A DNA stretch of 64,000 nt from an uncultured Poribacteria bacterium (GTDB lineage: Bacteria; Poribacteria; WGA-4E; WGA-3G). The notes below the pieces were generated by a model. It was not told where the DNA came from. It searched no databases and worked only from the letters and a program-made list of their open reading frames with translations. The number at the start of each line of letters is the position of its first letter. The first letter of the stretch is position 1. The position numbers and the translations under genes were made by a program. This document shows, in pieces, positions 17,633 through 27,460 of the stretch. Location of the stretch: assembly GCA_951813545.1 (NCBI GenBank), contig OX638352.1, forward strand, positions 2,432,835 through 2,496,834. Reading direction: 5' to 3'.

Positions 17633-19312
17633 ATGTTAGTAGATGATAACAGAGAAGAACATCGGATGATGATTTTCGGCAACGATAGCCGCCTTGTTCA
17701 GGATGAGTTAATCGTAGAGAGTAACGCGAAACGGGAAGGAATCTTGGCGCAAAAGGTTCACGCGGATTCCTATACCGTCACGCTGTATGTGTTACTGAAA
17801 GATTACGGTCTTACACCGGTCTTTCGCATCAAGCCGCGCATCCGCTTCCATCGCTCTAACTATGATAATCTCTCTTCAAGTGCACCAATCCGATACAGCC
17901 TTGATGATATCATCCATTTCGCTGAGTTGAAACGTGGTGTTGATTTGACGGAAAAGGTTGACGATGTCAAGCTCGCGGAAATCCTTGGGGACGCGCCTGC
18001 ACTCAAGGATGTGACGGATGATCCAGCGTTGCACCTGGTCTCACAGCGCGACGTATCCCTCCGAAACCCACCTTTTAAAACTAAGACTAAGGTTTTTGGA
18101 CAAAGCGAAGATCAAGGTGTAGAAGAGGGAGGCATCCGTATTGGAACGTTCCTTGATGCGCTTAATCAGCCACAAAACACCGAGCAAATTTTCAAACGGT
18201 TTGCAAAAGGGAGTGAATTCGCACGCGATTTGCGTGAGGCTTTGGCACCCTACGAGGACTTTGAATTTCAATTCGGTCTCTATTCTCGATATGAGCGGCG
18301 GGATTGCGTCTTGGCGAATGGAGACGCTGAAACCAGCGGAAATTACCGGGCAACGTTTGATCCGTGGACGGCGCTCGGGTATATCCGAACCGCTGGCGAT
18401 ACGCAGCAGTTCCAAATCCTAATGCATGAACGCGGGACACGATGGGAACATAAAATTATGTTGGAGCAAATGGATGCTCCAACGCTTGATCGCCTTGCAA
18501 CGGAGATTCCAAGGCTTCGCCGCGAGTATCTAATTGGACGTGTTTTATCCAAAAGCCAAACCGCCTTGACACGCTTGGCTGAACTTCGCCAATCCCAGCT
18601 AAATCTGACAACCGATTTACACACTGGATATACACTCCAACTCGAAATACCTGTCTCTCAAAAACGGTTTTCTGTCATAGAGCACCGCCAAAAATTGCGC
18701 CAGACATTTAACGGGGACGGTGCTTATCGCCTCCATCCATTGAATGGTGAATTTGTTGAGAGACATCATAACATGGCGAAGGGCATCCGAAATGGGATTG
18801 TCTGGACCTTAGATTCTGTAAATCTATCTACAGGACAACCTCCATTAGAGCAAGAAGATGAGGGGATTCTTATCATCAAAACGCCCCATCAAAACAAGTT
18901 CGTCGTCCGTTCCGCCGAAGAGCTTCGTGAACGCCTTCCTAAAAATGGATTTGAGAAATGTTGGAATGAAGCAATTGATATGGGGGGCTATACTGTCCTC
19001 AACCAAATGAGTGGTAGAGTCTATATGGTGAGTTACGGACGAAGAAATACTGGCAGTATCCATGAGGGCAATATTACCAATGAGGATGTCGCGCACTATC
19101 TCTCAATTGAATACCTCGGCATAGATCCTACCCGTGTTGGGGTTTCACGCTTTGGGGTGCCTGCCTATGTACAGCGAAGTTTCTTTGACAGACTTTTCAG
19201 TAGACAACCTGTATCGCCACTCTTTAATCAGTTGATTCAAACCGAAGCACAGGTCCTCGCAGAAATCAAAAGCTTCGCGCGGTATTGTAAAGAGAAGCTG
19301 GAGATTCCATAG
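17633..19312 (+). CDS. Hypothetical 559-aa soluble protein. First gene of the candidate three-gene defence operon.
   Basis: GGAGGG RBS then ATG. Long intact ORF with no recognisable motif. 49-bp gap to the ATPase gene. Confidence 0.55.
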   Translation: MLVDDNREEHRMMIFGNDSRLVQDELIVESNAKREGILAQKVHADSYTVTLYVLLKDYGLTPVFRIKPRIRFHRSNYDNLSSSAPIRYSLDDIIHFAELKRGVDLTEKVDDVKLAEILGDAPALKDVTDDPALHLVSQRDVSLRNPPFKTKTKVFGQSEDQGVEEGGIRIGTFLDALNQPQNTEQIFKRFAKGSEFARDLREALAPYEDFEFQFGLYSRYERRDCVLANGDAETSGNYRATFDPWTALGYIRTAGDTQQFQILMHERGTRWEHKIMLEQMDAPTLDRLATEIPRLRREYLIGRVLSKSQTALTRLAELRQSQLNLTTDLHTGYTLQLEIPVSQKRFSVIEHRQKLRQTFNGDGAYRLHPLNGEFVERHHNMAKGIRNGIVWTLDSVNLSTGQPPLEQEDEGILIIKTPHQNKFVVRSAEELRERLPKNGFEKCWNEAIDMGGYTVLNQMSGRVYMVSYGRRNTGSIHEGNITNEDVAHYLSIEYLGIDPTRVGVSRFGVPAYVQRSFFDRLFSRQPVSPLFNQLIQTEAQVLAEIKSFARYCKEKLEIP

Positions 19313-19360
19313 GAATTCGGATTTTATGTTGGTAAAATTATCTCTGTGAGGTGAAAACTC

Positions 19361-20539
19361 ATGATACGAAGTCTTGAAGTAAAAGGGCTGAACAATCGAG
19401 ATGATGGAAATTTCAATTTTCATTTCCATGAAGACCTGAATATTTTTACTGGCGCAAACGGCTCAGGCAAGACAACGATCCTTAAACTGCTGTGGTATCT
19501 CATCAGTGGACACCTTGAGCAAATCCTTGCTGAAATTCCATTTCATTCCATTGCAATTCAAACTGATCTGTTCGCTTTGAGCATGGTACGAGCTGAACCC
19601 GACCAAGTTACGCTTGATTACAGCTTTAGTGAAGAAGAAGGTGGGTACGAATTTATTATCATTGACACGGAGACAGGAAGAATCTACCGGAAGGATGTGG
19701 ATTGGGTAAATGCCCTTGAGAAGCGGATCACTGAATCGTCCACGGGAAGTCTTTTTTTTCCCACGTTTAGGAGAATTGAAGGTGGTTTTTCAATTGGTTC
19801 CAAAAGTTCGGCAGATGCTGAGGACGTGGCTGTACTAAGATTATTAAGTTCAACGACAGAGAAACTTCTAAATGCGATATCACAACTATCGGAAGATATG
19901 TCTACTGATAGACATAGGTTCATATTTTCAGTTTCAACTATGGATATAATAAAATTACTACCGCAAAAGTCCCTTGATATTTATCAAGAGATCAGCAACC
20001 TTCAATCTCAGGTATTAGAAAATATTTCAAGGGAAATGGAAAATAATCCTGATAAAGACAAAGCTGGTGAGATTCCTAAAAGTGCTTCCTCCGTTCTGGA
20101 TGCTATCCAGCAGGTTGATAAGGAAACAGAGCAGTTGAGGAAGCCGTTTTCTGTGTTGTCTGAGTTGACTCGAAAAATTCTACGATACAACGCAATTCAG
20201 GTTACCGAAAAGTTAGTTCTTGGAGAAACAACTGATGGTATTACCTTTGGAGAAGGAAGAGATGACATTGCAATTGGGGAAATAAATGAGGCAATTTCCT
20301 CCGATAAACTTTCTTCCGGTGAAAAGCAGATGCTCAGTTTTTTGTGTTACAACGCTTTTTACAAGGATACGGCTATCTTCATTGATGAACCTGAGTTAAG
20401 TCTCCATGTGGATTGGCAAAGACTACTTTTACCAACTCTCCTCGATCAAAGCACTGGAAATCAGTTTTTCATTGCAACGCACTCACCTTTCATCTTTTCT
20501 GGGTACCAGCACAAAGAGATTCCACTGAAAAGTGATTGA
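19361..20539 (+). CDS. ABC-type AAA_15/AAA_21 ATPase, OLD/AriA-like
   Basis: Walker A FTGANGSGKTT, ABC signature LSSGEKQ, Walker B IFIDEPELSLH, and H-loop IATHSP. Confidence 0.8.
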   Translation: MIRSLEVKGLNNRDDGNFNFHFHEDLNIFTGANGSGKTTILKLLWYLISGHLEQILAEIPFHSIAIQTDLFALSMVRAEPDQVTLDYSFSEEEGGYEFIIIDTETGRIYRKDVDWVNALEKRITESSTGSLFFPTFRRIEGGFSIGSKSSADAEDVAVLRLLSSTTEKLLNAISQLSEDMSTDRHRFIFSVSTMDIIKLLPQKSLDIYQEISNLQSQVLENISREMENNPDKDKAGEIPKSASSVLDAIQQVDKETEQLRKPFSVLSELTRKILRYNAIQVTEKLVLGETTDGITFGEGRDDIAIGEINEAISSDKLSSGEKQMLSFLCYNAFYKDTAIFIDEPELSLHVDWQRLLLPTLLDQSTGNQFFIATHSPFIFSGYQHKEIPLKSD

Positions 20540-20563
20540 ACGGACAGAGGAGAAGATATCTGA

Positions 20564-21322
20564 ATGTCGTTGCCCGATCCTACCTTAGAGAATTTAGTTG
20601 TTGCTCTGCGCCTCTCTAATAAGCCAAACATTATTGTTGAAGGTAAAGATGATGAAATCATCTATGGGACATTGGTGGAGCGTTTAGGAAGATTTGATGT
20701 AGGTTTTTTCAGCGCGGGTTCCAAAGACACTCTACTTCATCTTTATAAGGAACTTTCTGAATATGAAAATGTGGGGGACTTCAGGCATGCCCCTGTTACT
20801 TTTATCGCTGACCGTGATATGTGGTTATTCAGAGGCATTCCAGATCAATATGACGACATTATTTGCACAGAAGGTTATAGCATTGAGAACGATTTGTATT
20901 CATACGCCAAGTTAAAGGATCGAATAGGAAATAAGGCAGAATATGACCAAACTTTAGACTCAATTAGTATGTGGTTTGCCTATAAAGTGGAAGAATATTT
21001 AGAGAAGAACCCACCAGAAAAAACCTTTGAATCTATCCGAGATGAGGAACATGTGGATGTGGCGTATCATTTAAATCGAGTTGTTCCACCTGAAAAGACT
21101 ACTCTGGCAGCTGATTTGGAGTTTCTTCCTTCAGATCATGAAAGGGTTAAAGCCGTCAGGAGCGCATATCATCTTCAACTTCGAGGAAAACTTCTTTTTG
21201 AGTTACTCGTCCGTTTTTTAAATAAACCTAAGCAGGGATTTACCAATGCTACTGTTAGTTATCATGGCTTGTACAATGATGCAATTACGGTTCCTGAGTC
21301 AGATCGACTAGAAAGAAAATGA
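20564..21322 (+). CDS. DUF4435/Toprim-like nuclease, AriB-like
   Basis: N-terminal IIVEGKDDEIIYG has the Toprim E-G-x-x-D motif, with Glu at residue 26. FIADRDMW is a candidate Toprim DxD. 25-bp gap from the ATPase gene. Confidence 0.7.
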   Translation: MSLPDPTLENLVVALRLSNKPNIIVEGKDDEIIYGTLVERLGRFDVGFFSAGSKDTLLHLYKELSEYENVGDFRHAPVTFIADRDMWLFRGIPDQYDDIICTEGYSIENDLYSYAKLKDRIGNKAEYDQTLDSISMWFAYKVEEYLEKNPPEKTFESIRDEEHVDVAYHLNRVVPPEKTTLAADLEFLPSDHERVKAVRSAYHLQLRGKLLFELLVRFLNKPKQGFTNATVSYHGLYNDAITVPESDRLERK

Positions 21323-21421
21323 AGTACAAGAGAAACTGAATGAACAAAAACAAAAAATCGCATCACGAAAATCGACTTCTTGATACATTCTAAGAATAAG
21401 GTTAGAAGGAGACACGCGAAG

Positions 21422-22249
21422 ATGCCAAACCGCAGAAAAGTCCTTATCACCGGAGCATCGGGCTATATCGCCGGACGGATGCTCCCGGAATTTCGCCAAC
21501 GTTACGAACTCGTGCTGCTGGACGTGAAGACCACAAATCGGCAGGGAGAAGAGGTCGAAGGCATTCAGATTGCTGAACTCACCGACCCTGACCGGAACGC
21601 ATACAGACACCATTTTGAAGGCATCGATGCGGTCGTTCACTGTGCCTTTAAGGGGGGCAGTTTTGAGAACGAGCTTGCGAACGTTCAGATGGCATACAAC
21701 CTCTATCAAACCTGCGTTGAAACCGATGTCCGACGTGTTGTCGTCTGTAGTTCTAACCACGCCGCCGACTATTACGAGCGGCTCATCTGGGCAGATAAGT
21801 GGGATGTGGTGACCCCAGAGATGCGTCCATTGTCCGATAACTTCTACGGGTGGGCGAAAGAGGCGTATGAGCACCTTGGCTTTGTCTTTGCGACTGGACA
21901 CGTTGACGGGAAGAAGCTACAGAATGTGCAGTTACGTATTGGTGGACCGCGGGAAACGGATATGGCGAATTCTTCAGCAGATGATTTGAAGGCGATGCAC
22001 CGTGGACTTGGCGCGTATTTGAGCGTCCGAGATCAGATCCAACTTTTCGTCAAGAGCATTGAGACGGAAAGTATAGAGGACGAAAACGGAATTCCATTTC
22101 AGATTTTCTACGGCATCAGTGACAACTCGCATAAGTTCTGGAGTATCGCCAACGCACGGAAGGTAATAGGCTATGCACCGGAGGACGACAGCCAACTCCG
22201 TTTTGCCGACCGGTTGGCGGAATTGTTAAAACAGGCGAAAGGGACATAG
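21422..22249 (+). CDS. NAD-dependent epimerase/dehydratase family protein
   Basis: AGGAGAC RBS. Rossmann VLITGASGYIAGRM. SDR-like body. Confidence 0.75.
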   Translation: MPNRRKVLITGASGYIAGRMLPEFRQRYELVLLDVKTTNRQGEEVEGIQIAELTDPDRNAYRHHFEGIDAVVHCAFKGGSFENELANVQMAYNLYQTCVETDVRRVVVCSSNHAADYYERLIWADKWDVVTPEMRPLSDNFYGWAKEAYEHLGFVFATGHVDGKKLQNVQLRIGGPRETDMANSSADDLKAMHRGLGAYLSVRDQIQLFVKSIETESIEDENGIPFQIFYGISDNSHKFWSIANARKVIGYAPEDDSQLRFADRLAELLKQAKGT

Positions 22250-22336
22250 CGCGTAATTTTCCTACTTATTTTTGTAGGAGCGACCTCTGGGTCACTAACG
22301 ATCTGTCGGATCTGAGCATTCCGGATAACTACATTC

Positions 22337-23044
22337 TCAATTTGCGGCGGCTTTGAACCAGTTGTAGCAAGCAAAAAGTATGAGCAGAACTGCTACTATT
22401 ATGGCTATCTGGATTACTTTCCTAAGCCGCGGGGCGATCTGATGCCTTTCTTCTCTATTTCGGGGAACAGTGGATACTACGCCTAACCCAATTACGACTC
22501 CCCCAAAGATGAGGGCAATACCCGCTTTCGCTTGGCGTATATCATCAATTCCATCTGTTAAAACGAGTTGGGTTGTTAACACGAATCCGATTATTAGCAA
22601 TGCCAGAATAGCAGCAATTTTTAAGGCGGTAATGCGTTTCTGTGTCCAACCCTTCTCAACAGCACGCCCGATCAAAAACGCGCAACCTAACCAACAGTAG
22701 ATGAGTGTGTTTAGCGTTGTAATAATCCCACCGAGTGTCCACATCTTCGTCAGTGCCAGAAAAGGCATAATCCCGATATTGATTTGCATTGCGAAAATCC
22801 CAGTATAGAATACCACTGGCTTTGGAATTTTGGGGAACACGGCCCATCCCTCCTTGTAGACGGAATCTCTTATATTGCGACAGTCAATCTTTGGTATTAC
22901 CAAAGTATAGCATAAAAACACTAGAAATCCCGCTAACTGTTTAAAGAATCTTCGCAAGGAAAGTTGATTTGTGAATTGCGCGTTCCCCAAAAACTGTGTG
23001 AGTGCTTCAGGGAATCCCTCGCCCCGTTCTTGGAAGACCTCCAC
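22337..23044 (-). CDS. Hypothetical membrane protein
   Basis: ORF with 5-6 hydrophobic helices. The start codon is uncertain. Confidence 0.45.
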   Translation of the reverse strand: MEVFQERGEGFPEALTQFLGNAQFTNQLSLRRFFKQLAGFLVFLCYTLVIPKIDCRNIRDSVYKEGWAVFPKIPKPVVFYTGIFAMQINIGIMPFLALTKMWTLGGIITTLNTLIYCWLGCAFLIGRAVEKGWTQKRITALKIAAILALLIIGFVLTTQLVLTDGIDDIRQAKAGIALIFGGVVIGLGVVSTVPRNREERHQIAPRLRKVIQIAIIVAVLLILFACYNWFKAAAN

Positions 23045-23168
23045 TATTTTCTCCTGAATATCTTCCGCGAAACCCCGTAAAAATCTGAGGGCGTGCAGTC
23101 TTCATACACCTCAAAATTGAGGTGTATTGGGAAGTAGGTTGAATCTTTAGCGGTGAGTGCTGCGAGTA

Positions 23169-23340
23169 CTAATTGGAAAAAGTGGTTTTACCCGTCTGTT
23201 GGGGCGCGAAAAGGACGATATACTTCCCATCTTTGACGCGCCTAATAAAATCGGCAACCTCTGTTGTCCGGGGGATGAGGTAGTTATCTTCAGGATATAG
23301 GCGGCCTTGGGTTCCAAATCTTCGCATACTTATTAGCATC
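23169..23340 (-). pseudogene. Truncated N-terminal fragment (57 aa) of an AAA+ ATPase gene
   Basis: The minus strand encodes MLISMRRFGTQGRLYPEDNYLIPRTTEVADFIRRVKDGKYIVLFAPQQTGKTTFSN* with Walker A G/APQQTGKTT and then a stop. No continuation. Confidence 0.45.
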
Positions 23341-24059
23341 TCCAAACTTCAGTTGACTGGTTATCAGTTATCGGTCGTCGGTAAGAGGGATTATCGTCTA
23401 ACCAAAGCCTCTTGTTACCGATAACTCTCACTGTGAGGCAAACTTTAACCATCAACTCGCCTCTGTTCTAAATGTTAAAGCACAAGTTGATGGTTAAAAC
23501 TATTTTTAATGTCAGCTCGGCATAGGAGTTCCGCGTCGGATTATCCGAGAGATGCCGTTCTCTTTTGTAGCATAAACTGTTTGTTTCCTTGTTTTTGTCC
23601 AAGCACATCGGGAGCGAGTTGATCAATGAAAGGTTATCAATCCCAGTCCTTATCTGCTTTCAAGAGGGAGCAAAGGTCTCAAATCATAACACCCTACCTT
23701 TGAAACTCTCACTATAGCAGGCAACCCACTTTTTCAAACGGTCTTGCGTGCGTGAAAAGTGCTAAAGATCGCGGTTTTGGTTTCCTTTTTCTCTCAAAGG
23801 TGTGTAGAAGTTCTTTGCTCCCTTTTGAGGTGTTATTTTCTCAATGGGTGTGTGGGTTTGTGTCTCATCAGAGACGGTATGGTTTCCCACACTTATTGGA
23901 CAAAAACAAGGTAGTTTGTGCAGAATGCTAACGTCTACTCTCACTATGAGGCAAGTGGATGGTACAAAAACTGCTTTACCGAGCTCACGTTATTTTTACG
24001 AATTATACATTCTTTTCCAAAGTTTTCAAACGAAAAAAGGGGTGAGGTGTTCTTGGAGT

Positions 24060-24380
24060 TGGAGGCATGCATTTCGGCGGTGTGATTTGATGGTGCCTTC
24101 GGAGCGTTCCAAATGCTGTGCAATCGCTTTGATGGGTAGTTCCTGACGGTAATATAAGAGAAACACCTATTTACGGAGAGGCGTGAGTTGCTGGATGGCT
24201 GCCCGGAGGTGTTCTCGAAGTTCTTGCCTTTCTAGGTCTCGACCCGGATCGGGGTGCGTCTGTGTGATCCGGCGTTCGTCTACGGTGTGGAGGGGTTCGG
24301 TATCGCGTTTCTGCTTTTGAAAAAAAATCGATACAAACATTTTCAGCAATGCGATAGAGCCATGAAGGGAACACCAATTT
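24060..24380 (-). pseudogene. Frameshifted, N-terminally truncated ECF sigma-70 family sigma factor
   Basis: Three minus-strand frames carry region 2 (WLYRIAENVCIDFFSK), the region 3/4 linker (LREHLRAAIQQLTPLRK) and the region 4 HTH (LLYYRQELPIKAIAQHLERSEGTIKSHRRNA). At least two frame changes separate them. Confidence 0.55.
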
Positions 24381-24480
24381 TATCTGCTCTTTGTGTCTTC
24401 AACTTACCCTCTGGAGAAATGGATAGGTTGTGTCGTGTCCAATCTGGAGACTTATCTGTATTCGGATGACAGGAGATATA

Positions 24481-25125
24481 TCACAATAACGTTGAAATAA
24501 TAATACCAAATAACCAAATCGCAACTGCCCAAAAACATGCCTGACTTTTCTTCACCTTTGCAAAAACCGCGATGGCGATTGTCAAAATTATGATATACCA
24601 TAAACTCAAGATATTAATATGGCCCAGGAACACTCTCAGTTTTACATTGTCAAGAGAGCCTGCCAAGTTGTGAAGGCCCGGAATCATTTGCATATCTGCT
24701 ACCATCTCAATTTCTTCAACCTGTCTGAAAACTATGAGCAGTGCCGAATTGAACAATTTTATTAGAATTTGAATCAATGAAATATGTATAAGACTCGCAA
24801 AGATGTGTTTAAATTTAACCGCCTCATTTATCTGAAAAATTCGAGCGAATCCAGTGAGTAGCGCGCTCAGTACAACAATCCAGAGAATCTCTCCTGCGAG
24901 ATTTGCTATCAGAACACCTATTATTATAGGGCCAACCTCGCCATCAGAGGGCATACTTTTTACAATTAGATGTTCCTCGAATGGAGCAGTTCCCCATGAC
25001 AGGAAAGCAGAAACGAGAAAAAGAAGCGTGAACGCTAAACCCCACCTAGGTTCTGATTTTAGACGAGCAAACAATACGCCCGGTGTTGTAATCAAGTATT
25101 CAAGGTTTTTCCAACTATCTCCCAT
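24481..25125 (-). CDS. Hypothetical integral membrane protein, possibly Yip1-like
   Basis: 214-aa ORF with 5 hydrophobic helices. Weak family assignment. Confidence 0.5.
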   Translation of the reverse strand: MGDSWKNLEYLITTPGVLFARLKSEPRWGLAFTLLFLVSAFLSWGTAPFEEHLIVKSMPSDGEVGPIIIGVLIANLAGEILWIVVLSALLTGFARIFQINEAVKFKHIFASLIHISLIQILIKLFNSALLIVFRQVEEIEMVADMQMIPGLHNLAGSLDNVKLRVFLGHINILSLWYIIILTIAIAVFAKVKKSQACFWAVAIWLFGIIISTLL

Positions 25126-25976
25126 AATTTTACTTATTCCTTTGGGTATATAAAGTTTTTGACATCAAACGCGAAGCGGGGAGGGCGATTGGTACTCAAT
25201 TAGATGAACTTGAAAACCTCACCGAAGTAAAGGTGCTTGGGTCTGATGTCTCAAAGCAGGGTGTCGCCTCTTTGACAAAGCGGGAAAACTGATGTATTTC
25301 AAAGGTGGCTTGACGCTCAAACCCACCCACGGCGGCACTTTCGCATCGGCAAAACCAAACAACTCCTTGTACGCCTTGTCGCTGAGAAACTCTCGGAACC
25401 GGAAACGAACAGGCCCCGAAGAAACATCCCGCCCTCAACCGAGTGCCTCCGTCTCATTGGGTGGAACATTTATCCCACAAATATTGAGGAACACGACCTC
25501 ATCCCCGAACAGATACTCGTCATCGTCCGTGGGTGATGGCACATTGAGTTAATGTTTAAGTGTTTGAAAGATATTTGGAAGGTTCGTGTTTTCCGCAGCC
25601 ACAAATCGTATTGGATGTTCTGTGAAGTCTATGCCAAACTCATTGCCGTCCTCATATGCCATTGGGAAATGTTAGTCGCCGAATGGCGATATATACAACG
25701 CAGTGTCATCAAAACTGCCAAACTCATCAAATCTTACACTCACATACTTACAGTGGGTTTAGGAACTCCAAAAATGCACTCCTGGAAACCTTTGATATCA
25801 TCAGGTGCACCTTCCAAAATGGATACAGTATCGAAGGCAATGAGGCGAAACTAACAACTTTGAAACGCCTCTAGGATGCAAAGAAACCCCTAAATTGACA
25901 CCTAATAGGTTGGACGTACGTGAAACTCGACAGCATTTCGTCAGGTAAATCCTATTCAAAAAATCGCATATACTTT

Positions 25977-26252
25977 TTACATGAGCCAAACTATGGAAAG
26001 AAGGAATGCCGCCAGCAAAGAAATATAGAAATACCACCGATCGCGGGATGTAAGTTTAGTAAAATAGGAGGTGAAGGTTATAAACCATGCAACCAAACAG
26101 GCCAAGCCAAAAGCTTTAAAACATAGGGCGACAAGGAAAACTATGTATAATGGAAGTAAAGTTATCTTTAAAAACAACCTTAATTTCCCTACATTTTTCT
26201 TTTCTAAATGTTTGGATTCAGACAAAATCCACTCTTGTATTTTCATCATCAT
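25977..26252 (-). CDS. Small 91-aa membrane protein. Candidate immunity or accessory protein for the upstream Gly-rich secreted protein.
   Basis: Two or three TM helices. Lies immediately downstream (same strand) of 26295..26726 after the hairpin AGGGGGAC-CTGC-GTCCCCCT at 26262-26284. Confidence 0.4.
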   Translation of the reverse strand: MMMKIQEWILSESKHLEKKNVGKLRLFLKITLLPLYIVFLVALCFKAFGLACLVAWFITFTSYFTKLTSRDRWYFYISLLAAFLLSIVWLM

Positions 26253-26294
26253 TTTTTCCGTGGGAATAGGGGGACCTGCGTCCCCCTAAAGCTA

Positions 26295-26726
26295 TCAAGC
26301 ACAACCATAACAGTGATGGTGCCCAAAAATACAGTTACCGGAACCACTACCGGAACCACTACCGGAACCACTACCGGAACCACTACCGGAACCACTACCG
26401 GAACCACTACCGGAACCACTACCGGAACCACTACCGTTATCTGAGCCTCCGCCAAATATACCCTTTATGCCGTAGTAGATGCTAGCTCCAATTACAATTG
26501 TACCAACACCTATTTGACTAGCAGTGGCAATCACACCGGTTCGGAGACTTCCAGTACCTAGGTAAACCGCGGCACCCGTGTTTCCTGAACTTGCAATAAT
26601 CTTAGCACCAAGAGCTACACCACCAGCAGCTGTAATTCCAGACTTAAGGGGCTCATCATGGGCAAGAACTGGCTGGGCAAAGGATCCAACAAAAACAAGT
26701 AGAATCAAAAGTGTCAGTTTCTTCAT
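26295..26726 (-). CDS. Secreted glycine-zipper-rich protein with a (GS)17 tract and a C-terminal Cys/His cluster. Bacteriocin-like.
   Basis: Sec signal MKKLTLLILLVFVGSFAQPVLA. GxxxG-rich segment GAAVYLGTGSLRTGVIATASQIGVGTIVIGASIYYGIKGIFGGG. Then GSGS... then NCIFGHHHCYGCA*. Confidence 0.65.
   Translation of the reverse strand: MKKLTLLILLVFVGSFAQPVLAHDEPLKSGITAAGGVALGAKIIASSGNTGAAVYLGTGSLRTGVIATASQIGVGTIVIGASIYYGIKGIFGGGSDNGSGSGSGSGSGSGSGSGSGSGSGSGSGSGSGSGNCIFGHHHCYGCA
26338..26440. repeat. Perfect tandem repeat (ACCGGAACCACT)x8.5 encoding the Gly-Ser tract
   Basis: 12-nt unit repeated without mismatch from 26338 to 26440, inside the CDS. Confidence 0.9.
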
Positions 26727-26830
26727 TTTATCGTACTCCTTACTTTTTTGTCAAGCAAAAAATTAAATCAAATCAATTGATACCGCGGCTCAAAACAAAA
26801 GAACCAGCGAGGCTTTTGCGAAAGCACAGA

Positions 26831-27460
26831 TTATTTATCCTTTCCTTTGTGAAACTCAGAGAATTCCAAGTCTCGACCTTCAGCGTTCGCTTCTTCCCAA
26901 GTTTCCGCCCAGGTTTTCAGCTGCTTCTTTGCCCGAGACAACCGATTTCTTACGGAAGACGCAGAGACTTCGCATATTTCGGCAATCTCTTCATAAGACT
27001 TGCCTGCAAGTTGCAGGAGAAAGATATTTTGCTCTAATTTAGGCAATTGCGCAATTGCCTTGAAGAGTTTTTTTCGTCTCTCTTCGTCCAACGTCCAGTC
27101 TTCCATTATCCGATGTGAGGTAACAGTCGCAGCTTCCACCTTAGCCTCGGAAACGTTAGTGAGGGATTCCATCTGGATACGTCTCTGATTGTTTCTGTGC
27201 CATCCTGCGATAAGCTGGCTGGCGATGCGAAACATCCAGTTCAAAACTTTCTCAGGTTCTTGAAGCGTTTCTAAATGTTCCTTTGCTTTGAGGAAGGTGT
27301 CATCGGTAAGTTCTTCAGCGTAGTGCCAGTCGCCTATTTTCCCTGTGATAAATTCACAGAGGCGGTGCTTATACAGCGCATAAAGTTCGTCAAAAGCGCG
27401 TTCATCTCCAGATAAGATTTGACGAACAAGTCTTGCGTCTCGCCTTTGTTCATCGGTCAC
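26831..27460 (-). CDS. ECF-type RNA polymerase sigma factor
   Basis: Sigma-70 region 2 (DDTFLKAKEHL...WMFRIASQLIAGWHRNNQRR) and region 4 (LAGKSYEEIAEICEVSASSVRNRLSRAKKQL). Confidence 0.85.
   Translation of the reverse strand: MTDEQRRDARLVRQILSGDERAFDELYALYKHRLCEFITGKIGDWHYAEELTDDTFLKAKEHLETLQEPEKVLNWMFRIASQLIAGWHRNNQRRIQMESLTNVSEAKVEAATVTSHRIMEDWTLDEERRKKLFKAIAQLPKLEQNIFLLQLAGKSYEEIAEICEVSASSVRNRLSRAKKQLKTWAETWEEANAEGRDLEFSEFHKGKDK

Noticed and set aside
25126-25976. Several 70-100 aa ORFs in a low-coding stretch
   Set aside because: No RBS, no motif and mutually overlapping frames. This is more likely decayed remnants, and the region is noted in the findings as degraded.
26338-26440. Possible CRISPR or VNTR non-coding array
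   Set aside because: The 12-nt units are contiguous with no spacers, and they lie inside an ORF, encoding (GS)n.
26208-26455. ORFs on both strands across the 12-nt repeat (…TTGTTTGTTTG…, MAEAQITVVVPVVVP…)
   Set aside because: These are frame artefacts of the tandem repeat. The Gly-Ser frame is the one continuous with a signal peptide and a real gene.
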